From assembly GCA_038153405.1 (NCBI GenBank), contig JAYOYH010000003.1, forward strand, positions 107,258 to 171,257: a stretch of 64,000 nt of DNA. Direction: 5' to 3'. This DNA comes from Gemmatimonadota bacterium (GTDB lineage Bacteria > Latescibacterota > UBA2968 > UBA8231). Position numbers and translations under genes: made by a program. How positions within the stretch are numbered: the first letter of the stretch is position 1; every line of letters begins with the position of its first letter. Positions 18,321-25,839 of this stretch are shown one piece after another. The notes beneath the pieces were generated by a model, which saw only the letters and a list, made by a program, of their open reading frames with translations, ran no database searches and was not told the DNA's origin.

Positions 18321-19148
18321 TCACCATTCGTCCTCCGGCATATTGTCCCATCCCCGCTCGTCATCCTCTATGTCCACCACTTCGCACCGGCCCTCGGCCC
18401 TCTGACAGAGAGAAGCGTAGCTGCACCGCTTGCACACTTGCCCGTCCTCCGTCATCGGGAACGCAGACTCTTCGCGCGGCAGCTGGCCAATTTCTGCCAA
18501 CGTTCCCTCGATCTTGGCCCTCGCCTCGTCGTGCTCCCTCGCCGAATACGAAATCGGTTCCAGCGCCGCAGGCGCGTTGGCGTGCCAGTATACCAGCACG
18601 ACGTCCTCCGGCCGCACGGCGCGTCCCCCATTGAGCATTGCCCCCGCTTCCACCGCCACAAAGCGATACACCCACGTCTGCCAGCTGGCAGCCAGATCGG
18701 TCGCGTCTGGCACGCGCTGACCCGTCTTCCAATCGCCGATGTATATTCGTCCATCCGCCGCTGCGACGATGCGATCGTATTGGGCGACCAATCGCCGAGA
18801 TAGCAGCGGAACGGAGAGCTGCACTTCTGAATACACCACACCTGCAGGAAACTCGGCCGGGGTCTGAAGCCAATTTTTCCACCAGCGCACCAGCATTTCG
18901 TCTCCGCATTCCAACGCCCACGCATCGACACCGACGCCGATGCTATCCTGGTGCATCCAGTGGTGGAACTGCGCTCCGCGCTCGACGGCGCGCTCCCAAA
19001 CAGCCATCTCTTCGCTTAGCGGCGCCGGCCATTCGACGCGGCACACATAGCGCAGCCAAAAGCGTCTAGGGCACTGGGCATAGGCCGATAAACTGCTCTG
19101 GCTAAAGCGAATAGTGGCGCCGTTGCTCACTGTAACGCCCTCCCCCAA
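18321..19148 (-). CDS. RecB-family PD-(D/E)XK nuclease with Cas4/AddB-type Fe-S cysteine cluster (probably the C-terminal domain of the upstream helicase, separated by a frameshift)
   Basis: SLSAYAQCPRRFWLRY N-terminal motif. IGDWKTG (D-x-K) active-site motif. C-terminal C-x2-C-x5-C (CKRCSYASLC). TTG start in the track. Its frame stays open about 80 nt upstream into the helicase 3' end. Confidence 0.7.
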   Translation of the reverse strand: MGEGVTVSNGATIRFSQSSLSAYAQCPRRFWLRYVCRVEWPAPLSEEMAVWERAVERGAQFHHWMHQDSIGVGVDAWALECGDEMLVRWWKNWLQTPAEFPAGVVYSEVQLSVPLLSRRLVAQYDRIVAAADGRIYIGDWKTGQRVPDATDLAASWQTWVYRFVAVEAGAMLNGGRAVRPEDVVLVYWHANAPAALEPISYSAREHDEARAKIEGTLAEIGQLPREESAFPMTEDGQVCKRCSYASLCQRAEGRCEVVDIEDDERGWDNMPEDEW

Positions 19149-21331
19149 AACGCACTGAGCTTTTGACAGACGACCGCCTGCCGCGTCGGGCGCATGCGCG
19201 TAGCCAACGGAATTTCGCGACTCCAGCTAATGGCCAAGTAGCGGCGCGCCCGCGTGATGGCCACGTAGAACAGACGCAGGCGCTCGGCGATCACTTCCAC
19301 GTGTGCCATATCCGTAGCCGATAGACGCCCGGCCTGCCATTCGCCAATCAGGCCGAGCAGTTCGGCGCGCGCCTCTTCGCCGGGATCGCCGCCTAAAAAT
19401 TCGTATTCGCCGCGAAAGTGGTCTTCCAGATCGTAGGGAAACCAATCCCGGTCGGCGCCGACGATATAGACCAAATCCCACTCTAGGCCCTTGGCCTTGT
19501 GCATGGTTGTCAGCGAGATGCGACCGGGACGCGGGGCGAAGAGGTCGTCGTCATCCAGCGCCGCGGCGCGTCCGCGCGCGGCTAGCCCCAATTCGCGAGC
19601 GAGCTCTGGCAGGCGCCACTCCGGATTGGCATCGGTGCGGGCGCGCAAGAATGTGGCCAGCTTTTGCGCCCTCGCCATATCGGCAGCGCGAAATAGGTCC
19701 TGGGCAATGCTCATTACTAACTGGTCGACCGGCAGCGCGGCAGCGCGCAGCCAGCGGCGCATATAACGGCAAAAGACGGCGATGGCGCGCAGGTCGAGCG
19801 GATCTATTTCGCCAACCGGAGGCAAGGCATCGCGCGGATCGCTACCCTCCCGCGGAAAGAGCAGCGCCTCCGGTCGGTAGCAACTGCGCAGCAGCGTGGC
19901 CACCTCCTCCTCGCTGCCGGGCCCGCGCTCGTCGGGCCAGTAGGTGCGCAGCGCGCGATAGGCTCGCTCCATATGCCCGCGCTTAAGCGGTTCGGCCAAA
20001 TAGGACAGAACGTGCGATAGCACGTCGCCGACCTGTCGCGCCGAGTGGGCACTTTGCAGGACTTCGTCAAAATCTACCCCCACCTCGCGCAGCACGTCGG
20101 CCATGGCGTAACCCAAGCGGTTGGTGGGAACGAGGATGGCCAATGTAAGGTGGGGACTGCGCCGGCAAAAAGCACCGGCCCGACGCGCCACGTCGCGCAT
20201 CTCGTCGCCGCGATTGTTGTATTCGCGAAAAGCGATATCGCTCTCGTTATCAAGCGGGTTTTGCTGTGGATCTTCCCCATCCGTTGGGCGAATGTGCTGT
20301 GAACGGAATGCCCGCTCGCGCACCTCATCAAGCGCGTGTTCGCAGCAGGTCCAATCGACCAAATAATTGGCCAGTCGGATGATCTTAGGCGCACAGCGTC
20401 CCGAAATCGACATCTCCAGCGTCTGGACGTCTTCGCGCGCCAAAAATCGGCGCAAATAGCGCGGGTCAGCCGCGGTAAATGTGCTCATTATCGCTTGGTT
20501 GGGATCGCCGACGCGGATCCAGTTTCCCTCGTCCTGCCCCAACAGGGCCAGTAGGGCTTCCTGCAGCGGCACGCTGTCCTGCGCCTCGTCCTCCAACACG
20601 ATGGGCCAGCGCCTTGCCAAACGCGCGCGCAAATCGGCGTGATCTTCCAGCAAATCGACGGCACATCGCACCAAATCGGTGAAGTCGAGTCCGCCCATTG
20701 TGTCCACTTGTTGCTGATATAATTGGTATAGCTCCGCCCCAATGCGCAAAAAGAGGTTCAGCTCGTCGCCGCCCCCCGAAGCGATTCGGGCCAATAGATC
20801 GTCCGGCGACAGACGGCGGTTTTTGGCCGCGGTGATAACCGTCCATCCCACCGTCCGCGCAATAGAGCGCCATTCGCGCTCCCAGCGCTCGTCGTAATAA
20901 TCGCCCGGGGCGAGCCCACCCCACGTGCGCTCGTTGCGCCCGTTCCAAATGCGCACGGCCTTGTCGAGCAGATCCGAGCTCGCGCGGTCGTCCAATACGC
21001 TGAACTCGCTGGCGACACCGGCCAGCCCCGCATTGGCCTGCACGATGCCGTAGGAGAGGCTATGCAGCGTGCGCACGTCGTAGCCGACCTGCACGTGTCC
21101 CATCCGCTCTAGCGCCTGGCGAATGCGCGTGCGCACATTGTCGACGGCCGCCGTCTGGTAGGTGACGATCAGCACTTGCCCTGCCGCCGTCTGCCGCTGT
21201 TCGATCAAACGCGTTGCCAGGGCGACAATGGTCGCCGTCTTCCCGCTGCCCGGCACCGCTGAAACGCCCATCAAACCGCGTTCGTATTCGAGTAGTTGGC
21301 GCTGACCTTCGCGCGGCTCAAATGCGTTCAT
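19127..21331 (-). CDS. UvrD/AddA-type superfamily-1 DNA helicase
   Basis: 734 aa. Motif I AVPGSGKT, II LEDEAQD, III GDPNQAI, V MHKAKGLEWD, VI VAITRARRYL. ATGA overlap with the upstream ORF. Confidence 0.85.
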   Translation of the reverse strand: MNAFEPREGQRQLLEYERGLMGVSAVPGSGKTATIVALATRLIEQRQTAAGQVLIVTYQTAAVDNVRTRIRQALERMGHVQVGYDVRTLHSLSYGIVQANAGLAGVASEFSVLDDRASSDLLDKAVRIWNGRNERTWGGLAPGDYYDERWEREWRSIARTVGWTVITAAKNRRLSPDDLLARIASGGGDELNLFLRIGAELYQLYQQQVDTMGGLDFTDLVRCAVDLLEDHADLRARLARRWPIVLEDEAQDSVPLQEALLALLGQDEGNWIRVGDPNQAIMSTFTAADPRYLRRFLAREDVQTLEMSISGRCAPKIIRLANYLVDWTCCEHALDEVRERAFRSQHIRPTDGEDPQQNPLDNESDIAFREYNNRGDEMRDVARRAGAFCRRSPHLTLAILVPTNRLGYAMADVLREVGVDFDEVLQSAHSARQVGDVLSHVLSYLAEPLKRGHMERAYRALRTYWPDERGPGSEEEVATLLRSCYRPEALLFPREGSDPRDALPPVGEIDPLDLRAIAVFCRYMRRWLRAAALPVDQLVMSIAQDLFRAADMARAQKLATFLRARTDANPEWRLPELARELGLAARGRAAALDDDDLFAPRPGRISLTTMHKAKGLEWDLVYIVGADRDWFPYDLEDHFRGEYEFLGGDPGEEARAELLGLIGEWQAGRLSATDMAHVEVIAERLRLFYVAITRARRYLAISWSREIPLATRMRPTRQAVVCQKLSAFWGRALQ

Positions 21332-23400
21332 CGCTCGCCCTGCAGCACCTGTTGAACGGCCATCAGCAGCGGACTATCCTGCGCTTCACCCCGCCCCTCG
21401 CGCTCACTGGAACACAGGTAGATTCCATCGCGGCAGCGCAGGGCCAGGCCGCGCACGAGTCGGTGCAGACTTCGATTGCGCAGCGAAAAGTCAACCGCGT
21501 CAGTCCAGCGCTCTTGTCGATCCCAGCGCCGGGTCAGTACGTGGTGGTTGGTCAGCGGTTGGTGCAGCGCATCCCACCAAGCCAGCGAACCAACGTCGAG
21601 CCAGAAATGGTAGCGGGCAACGTGGCCGCTGAGCAAGTAGGTATACACCGGCGCGACCAGCGCAATGGAATCCGGAGCCGTAGCCACATCGGCGTCGGTC
21701 AAATGCTGGGCGGCAACTACCCCCGACATGACCATTTCTGCATAGCGCAGCCCGACCTCGGCGGCGGCAAGTCCCAGCGCGGGGGCCACGCGGCGAAAGG
21801 CCGAGGCCGAGGCGATGAGTTTGCTGTAGACTGCAGCGCCGTCAGGCTCGATATGCGGCCCGGCCAGCACTTCGCCAAAGAGCCGACGAAGAAAATGGTC
21901 GAAGGGCGCCACGGCCCCCGTTCGGTAGGTCTCTAACCAGGTTTGTAGCGCGCCGTAGCGCGCCAGCGCAGCGGAACCCAAGCGTTCGACCTGCACGCCC
22001 TCTACTCCGTGCAGTGGACTCAGCGCACCCGCCGATTCGTCGTAAAACCACTGGACCAACAGTGCGGCCCGCAGCGGATCCAACGGCGCGAGGGCCAGCG
22101 TCAGGGCCTCGCACACATCAAAGGCCGTAGGCGAGGGGGACCATTGGGGATGGGCTAGGCCCGCCAGCGTCAAACAGGAACGCACGATGGGCTCTTCGCG
22201 CAGCGACTCGTAGCGTCGCACGATGGCAAAGGGGATATCGGCACCGACAAAAGCCTCGGCCAGCAAGAAGCGCAGCACGCCGTCAGCATGGGGTGCCACG
22301 ACGGCGATATCGCCGGGGGCCACACCCTTCGCAACTAAATCGACCACCCGCTGGACCACGACTTCGATCATCTGCGTGCGATAGGGCATGCGGAGCAGAT
22401 CGACGACGGCCCGGCGACTGCGCCCCGCAGAAAAGCCGGCCGGCCCCTGTCCGAGTTGCTCGCCGATGCGCCCCGCAAAATGCACTAGATCGGGCGAGGC
22501 GCATTCCTCCTCGCGCGCGGCAATGCGCTCTCGGCACTGGGCGGCCAATTCGGCACATCCGGCGGCATCGGCACCGAGGAACGAGCGGAACCCGCCGCGA
22601 TCGTCGCCTGCGAGCAGGGCCGATTCGCATCGAGGCAGCAAGCGCGCAATTAAATCGTGGGCAATCGGCACCATCTCGTCTACCGAATCGACGATGAGAT
22701 GGCGATAGCGCTCGGTGAAATAGCGCCAGAACGCCTCGCGCGAAACGAGGTGACTGGTAAAGAGTTCAAATACCAATGAGGCGTCGAGCAGGCCGTGCTG
22801 CAGGCAGTGCCCTCGGAACAGTTCGATGCAGTGCTGCACCTGCTCGTAGTAGCGCAGTCGCCCGTCTTCGCCAACCCAGGCCTCGCGCAGACGCGGCCCT
22901 ACCTCCCCCAGCGGAAAGCCGCTGACAGCGGCTTTATTCAGGTCGTCCAAGAGCTGCGAGAGCACCCGCTGAGGCCGCATGGTCAGCCCCTCGAAATAGC
23001 CCTGGGCAAGGAGCGGCTGTACGAGAGTAGCGAGCGCGTACTGCGCCGACTCGTAATTGAGAAAGACGGGCGCTTTTTCCGGCGCAGCAAAGCCCGCATC
23101 GGCGGCGACCAATGGCCAGAAGAGGCGAATGAGCCGCATGGCCAAGCCGTAATACGTCTGCAGTTCGACTTCGCTGTTGGGCCCCCATTCGAGCTGCCCC
23201 ATCTGTTCGCGGAATAGGCGAACCGTGGCGCGGTCGGGGTGCAATACCAACAGCGAGTAGCCCGAAACGCCCGACTCGAGCAAGAAGCGCAGGCGCTCTA
23301 ACTGGACCTGGCGCTGGCCGGCCACCAGCGGCCCGCCCAGAAAACAGGTGTGATTCCCCGCTATAGGCCCGCGAATTGCCTGGGCAAATTGGGGTACCAT
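21328..23400 (-). CDS. AddB/RecC-like inactivated helicase-fold protein (no nuclease domain)
   Basis: UvrD-like layout, but Walker A is replaced by GGPLVAGQRQV and DExx by DSVDEM. ATG at 23400 with GAGGTG RBS. The track's GTG at 23445 is a possible alternative start. Confidence 0.5.
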   Translation of the reverse strand: MVPQFAQAIRGPIAGNHTCFLGGPLVAGQRQVQLERLRFLLESGVSGYSLLVLHPDRATVRLFREQMGQLEWGPNSEVELQTYYGLAMRLIRLFWPLVAADAGFAAPEKAPVFLNYESAQYALATLVQPLLAQGYFEGLTMRPQRVLSQLLDDLNKAAVSGFPLGEVGPRLREAWVGEDGRLRYYEQVQHCIELFRGHCLQHGLLDASLVFELFTSHLVSREAFWRYFTERYRHLIVDSVDEMVPIAHDLIARLLPRCESALLAGDDRGGFRSFLGADAAGCAELAAQCRERIAAREEECASPDLVHFAGRIGEQLGQGPAGFSAGRSRRAVVDLLRMPYRTQMIEVVVQRVVDLVAKGVAPGDIAVVAPHADGVLRFLLAEAFVGADIPFAIVRRYESLREEPIVRSCLTLAGLAHPQWSPSPTAFDVCEALTLALAPLDPLRAALLVQWFYDESAGALSPLHGVEGVQVERLGSAALARYGALQTWLETYRTGAVAPFDHFLRRLFGEVLAGPHIEPDGAAVYSKLIASASAFRRVAPALGLAAAEVGLRYAEMVMSGVVAAQHLTDADVATAPDSIALVAPVYTYLLSGHVARYHFWLDVGSLAWWDALHQPLTNHHVLTRRWDRQERWTDAVDFSLRNRSLHRLVRGLALRCRDGIYLCSSEREGRGEAQDSPLLMAVQQVLQGER

Positions 23401-23470
23401 AAGCACCTCAAAATAAAATGGGACGGGCAAACACCCCCATCCCACTCAAATTAAAACGCATTAGAAACAG

Positions 23471-23938
23471 CTATTTATGATTGCTTTTATGTTCTGTAAA
23501 GACATCGAGAACTTCGGTGGCATCGCTCGCTTCAATTAGGCGCGAGCGCACCTCTTCGTCCTGCAGCAAACGCGAGAGCGAAGCCAGCAGCTCCATATGC
23601 TGCTTTTGATGCTTTTTCGGCGTGGCGAGCAAGGCCACGATGTGGACCGGATTGCCATCAATGGAGTCGAAATCGATGCCGTCGCGCGATATGCCTACTG
23701 CCAAGAGCTGGCGAGCAATGCCGTCGTCGTGCGCATGGGGAACGGCCACGCCTTTACCAATGCCGGTGGAGGCCTGGCGCTCTCTGCGGATTATATCGGC
23801 GATAAAGTGCTTGCAGTCGGCTACATCGCTGTCGTTTTCAAACAGCGAGGCCAGTTCGCGAATGGCGTCCAGATTGCGCTGTGCGCGCAGTCCGACAATC
23901 ACATTTTCCGGCTTAAGTATACGCGCCCATTTATCCAT
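23471..23938 (-). CDS. ptsN: PTS EIIA(Ntr)-type nitrogen regulatory protein
   Basis: 155 aa. PTS_EIIA type-2 fold with phospho-His context GKGVAVPHAH. Confidence 0.75.
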   Translation of the reverse strand: MDKWARILKPENVIVGLRAQRNLDAIRELASLFENDSDVADCKHFIADIIRRERQASTGIGKGVAVPHAHDDGIARQLLAVGISRDGIDFDSIDGNPVHIVALLATPKKHQKQHMELLASLSRLLQDEEVRSRLIEASDATEVLDVFTEHKSNHK

Positions 23939-24000
23939 AGAATAGCTCCGCCAACGCGCAAAAAGTAATCATCGCACGGGCAAAGTCAATACGTCCCGCC

Positions 24001-24034
24001 GCATGATAACTGCTCTTTTGGGCAGTTATCATGC
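24001..24034. promoter_or_regulatory. perfect 13-bp inverted repeat GCATGATAACTGC-N8-GCAGTTATCATGC
   Basis: Read directly. Lies 7 nt past the stop of 24041..25837 and about 65 nt upstream of ptsN. No T-run follows on the minus strand, so an operator is more likely than an intrinsic terminator. Confidence 0.5.
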
Positions 24035-24040
24035 ATTCTC

Positions 24041-25837
24041 TTACCGCCCCTCTACCTGCCGTATCCTGGCCATGAGCTGATGGCCGTATGGCTGAAAAGG
24101 GTCGATCTCGATGGCTTTTTCGGCGTGAAATGCAGCGCGCTTTACATCGCCCAGGCGCAGCGCCATGAGCCCTGTATTAAACTGGACCGTGCGAGAGTCA
24201 TACGCCACGTCAGCCGCTCGGGCGTAGGCGGCTTTGGCCGACTCATAGTCGCCCCTCTCCCGCGCCTGTTCCCCCAGCATAAACCAGTAATTGCTCTGAA
24301 TCTTGCGCACCCAAGGATCCAAATTATCGGCGCTCAACTCGGCGTTGGCCATTTCGATGGGTCGAGCCAGCGCCGCGCCGCGCCGCACATCGCCCTCAGG
24401 CATGAGTTGGTATACCAGTCCCGAAGGGACAAAGGCGTAATTGGGCAGCGGTGACCTCCTGCGCACGAGATAGAACAGCGGTGCGGCGCCCTGCGCCAGA
24501 GCCGCTTCGCGCTGCTGCTGCAGGGCGCGCTGCCGCCCCGGCGCAGCCCTGCGCTCGGCTGCGCTGAGCATATCCATGCCGCGGCCGACGCGGTTGTAAA
24601 GGGTCAGGTCGGGGCGCGCCTTTTCCACGCGCAGCAAATAGTCGAGAACAAAGGCCACATCGTCCCCCTCTGTCACGAGTACTGCACCGGCCGGCAGGTC
24701 GTCCAAAATATCGAGGCCGTAGCGCTCGGCAATGCGATTATTGCTGAGGTCGACTTGGTTGTACTGCCAGAAAAAGGCGGCGGCGGCAACGACCACCCCC
24801 ACGTAGCGGCCGCCCAGTTGGGGAACGCGGCGCGCCATATCGTCGAGCCCGACGCCCAGCCAAAGCGCCAAGCAGACATAGCTCACCAAAAAGAATACGC
24901 CGATGCCGTTGGGATCGCGGTGGTAATTTAGCGCGACGATTAAATTGGCCAACAGTCCACCGCTCGTCAGCACAAATAGACTGCGATCGCGCCGCCAGGC
25001 AACGAATGCGCCCCACAGCGCAATGGGCAGTACCAGCACGTGCCATTCGTGCGCAACATGGTTTGCCCAGCGCTGCGCATTGAGCACCATACCCTCTACG
25101 GGCAAAGAAAAGAAAGAACTGCGGTAGGTCGCCCCTGTCAGATGGTCCCACAGCGCGTGTGCCGTCCCCAGGTCGCCCCAGTGAAAACCGGGGCCTATGC
25201 CATTGCGCAACGGCAAATACAGAACGAGGCTATAGGCCGCCGCCGCGCTCGCCATCCCTCCTAATAGATAGCGACCGCGCACAAGGAGCCCCGGCCAGCG
25301 CCACGCCAGGAAGACGAGCAAACCGGGCATCAACAGGATCTGGTTTAAATGCGCGGTCAAACCCAACCCCATGCACCAGCACGCCATCAGCAGCGCCCGC
25401 AGCGAATGCTGCTCGCCGGCGCGCAGCCCCCAGCCCAAAGCGAGGATCCACAGGGCCATCGAAAGGCCGTACACTTCGGCGATAATGGCCTGACTCCAAT
25501 AGGTGTGGGAAAAGGCCAAGCACAGCGCCGCGGCCCCAGCGACCAGCGGCTGAATACCCCGGCTGCACAGCAGCCAAGCCAGCGCCGCACAGCCGGAGGC
25601 GCCAAAGAGTGCGGATGCGAAGTTGATTTGTAGCGCAGGACTGCCCCACGGCAGCAGCGAAGCGATCATACGCGCGCCCAGAACAAAGAGCGGATAGCCC
25701 GTAGGATGGGGCGTGCCTAAGTAGTAGGCAGCGCCAATCAGTTCGCCGCTGCCCTCGACGTATACGGTCGGGCACAGGGTGGCAATATAGGCAGCCAACG
25801 ATAGGATGCCGCATCCGAACATAACCCAGCCCTTCAT
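24041..25837 (-). CDS. DUF2723-type (PMT/ArnT-like GT-C fold) membrane glycosyltransferase with C-terminal TPR repeats
   Basis: From ATG 25837: MKGWVMFGCGILSLAAYIATLCPTVYVEGSGELIGAAYYLGTPHPTGYPLF is a typical DUF2723 N-terminus. Multiple TM helices. C-terminal TPR units (GDYESAKAAYARAADVAYD...). Confidence 0.6.
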   Translation of the reverse strand: MKGWVMFGCGILSLAAYIATLCPTVYVEGSGELIGAAYYLGTPHPTGYPLFVLGARMIASLLPWGSPALQINFASALFGASGCAALAWLLCSRGIQPLVAGAAALCLAFSHTYWSQAIIAEVYGLSMALWILALGWGLRAGEQHSLRALLMACWCMGLGLTAHLNQILLMPGLLVFLAWRWPGLLVRGRYLLGGMASAAAAYSLVLYLPLRNGIGPGFHWGDLGTAHALWDHLTGATYRSSFFSLPVEGMVLNAQRWANHVAHEWHVLVLPIALWGAFVAWRRDRSLFVLTSGGLLANLIVALNYHRDPNGIGVFFLVSYVCLALWLGVGLDDMARRVPQLGGRYVGVVVAAAAFFWQYNQVDLSNNRIAERYGLDILDDLPAGAVLVTEGDDVAFVLDYLLRVEKARPDLTLYNRVGRGMDMLSAAERRAAPGRQRALQQQREAALAQGAAPLFYLVRRRSPLPNYAFVPSGLVYQLMPEGDVRRGAALARPIEMANAELSADNLDPWVRKIQSNYWFMLGEQARERGDYESAKAAYARAADVAYDSRTVQFNTGLMALRLGDVKRAAFHAEKAIEIDPFQPYGHQLMARIRQVEGR

Positions 25838-25839
25838 AC

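Noticed and set aside
18361-19069. Cluster of overlapping ORFs on both strands inside the nuclease gene
   Set aside because: Frame shadows of the PD-(D/E)XK nuclease gene in GC-rich sequence (R/G/A-rich translations).
18321-19148. Cas4-like nuclease as evidence of a CRISPR-Cas locus
   Set aside because: No repeat-spacer array and no cas1, cas2 or effector genes anywhere in the window. The Cys cluster plus the adjacent UvrD helicase fit AddB/AddA-type nucleases instead.
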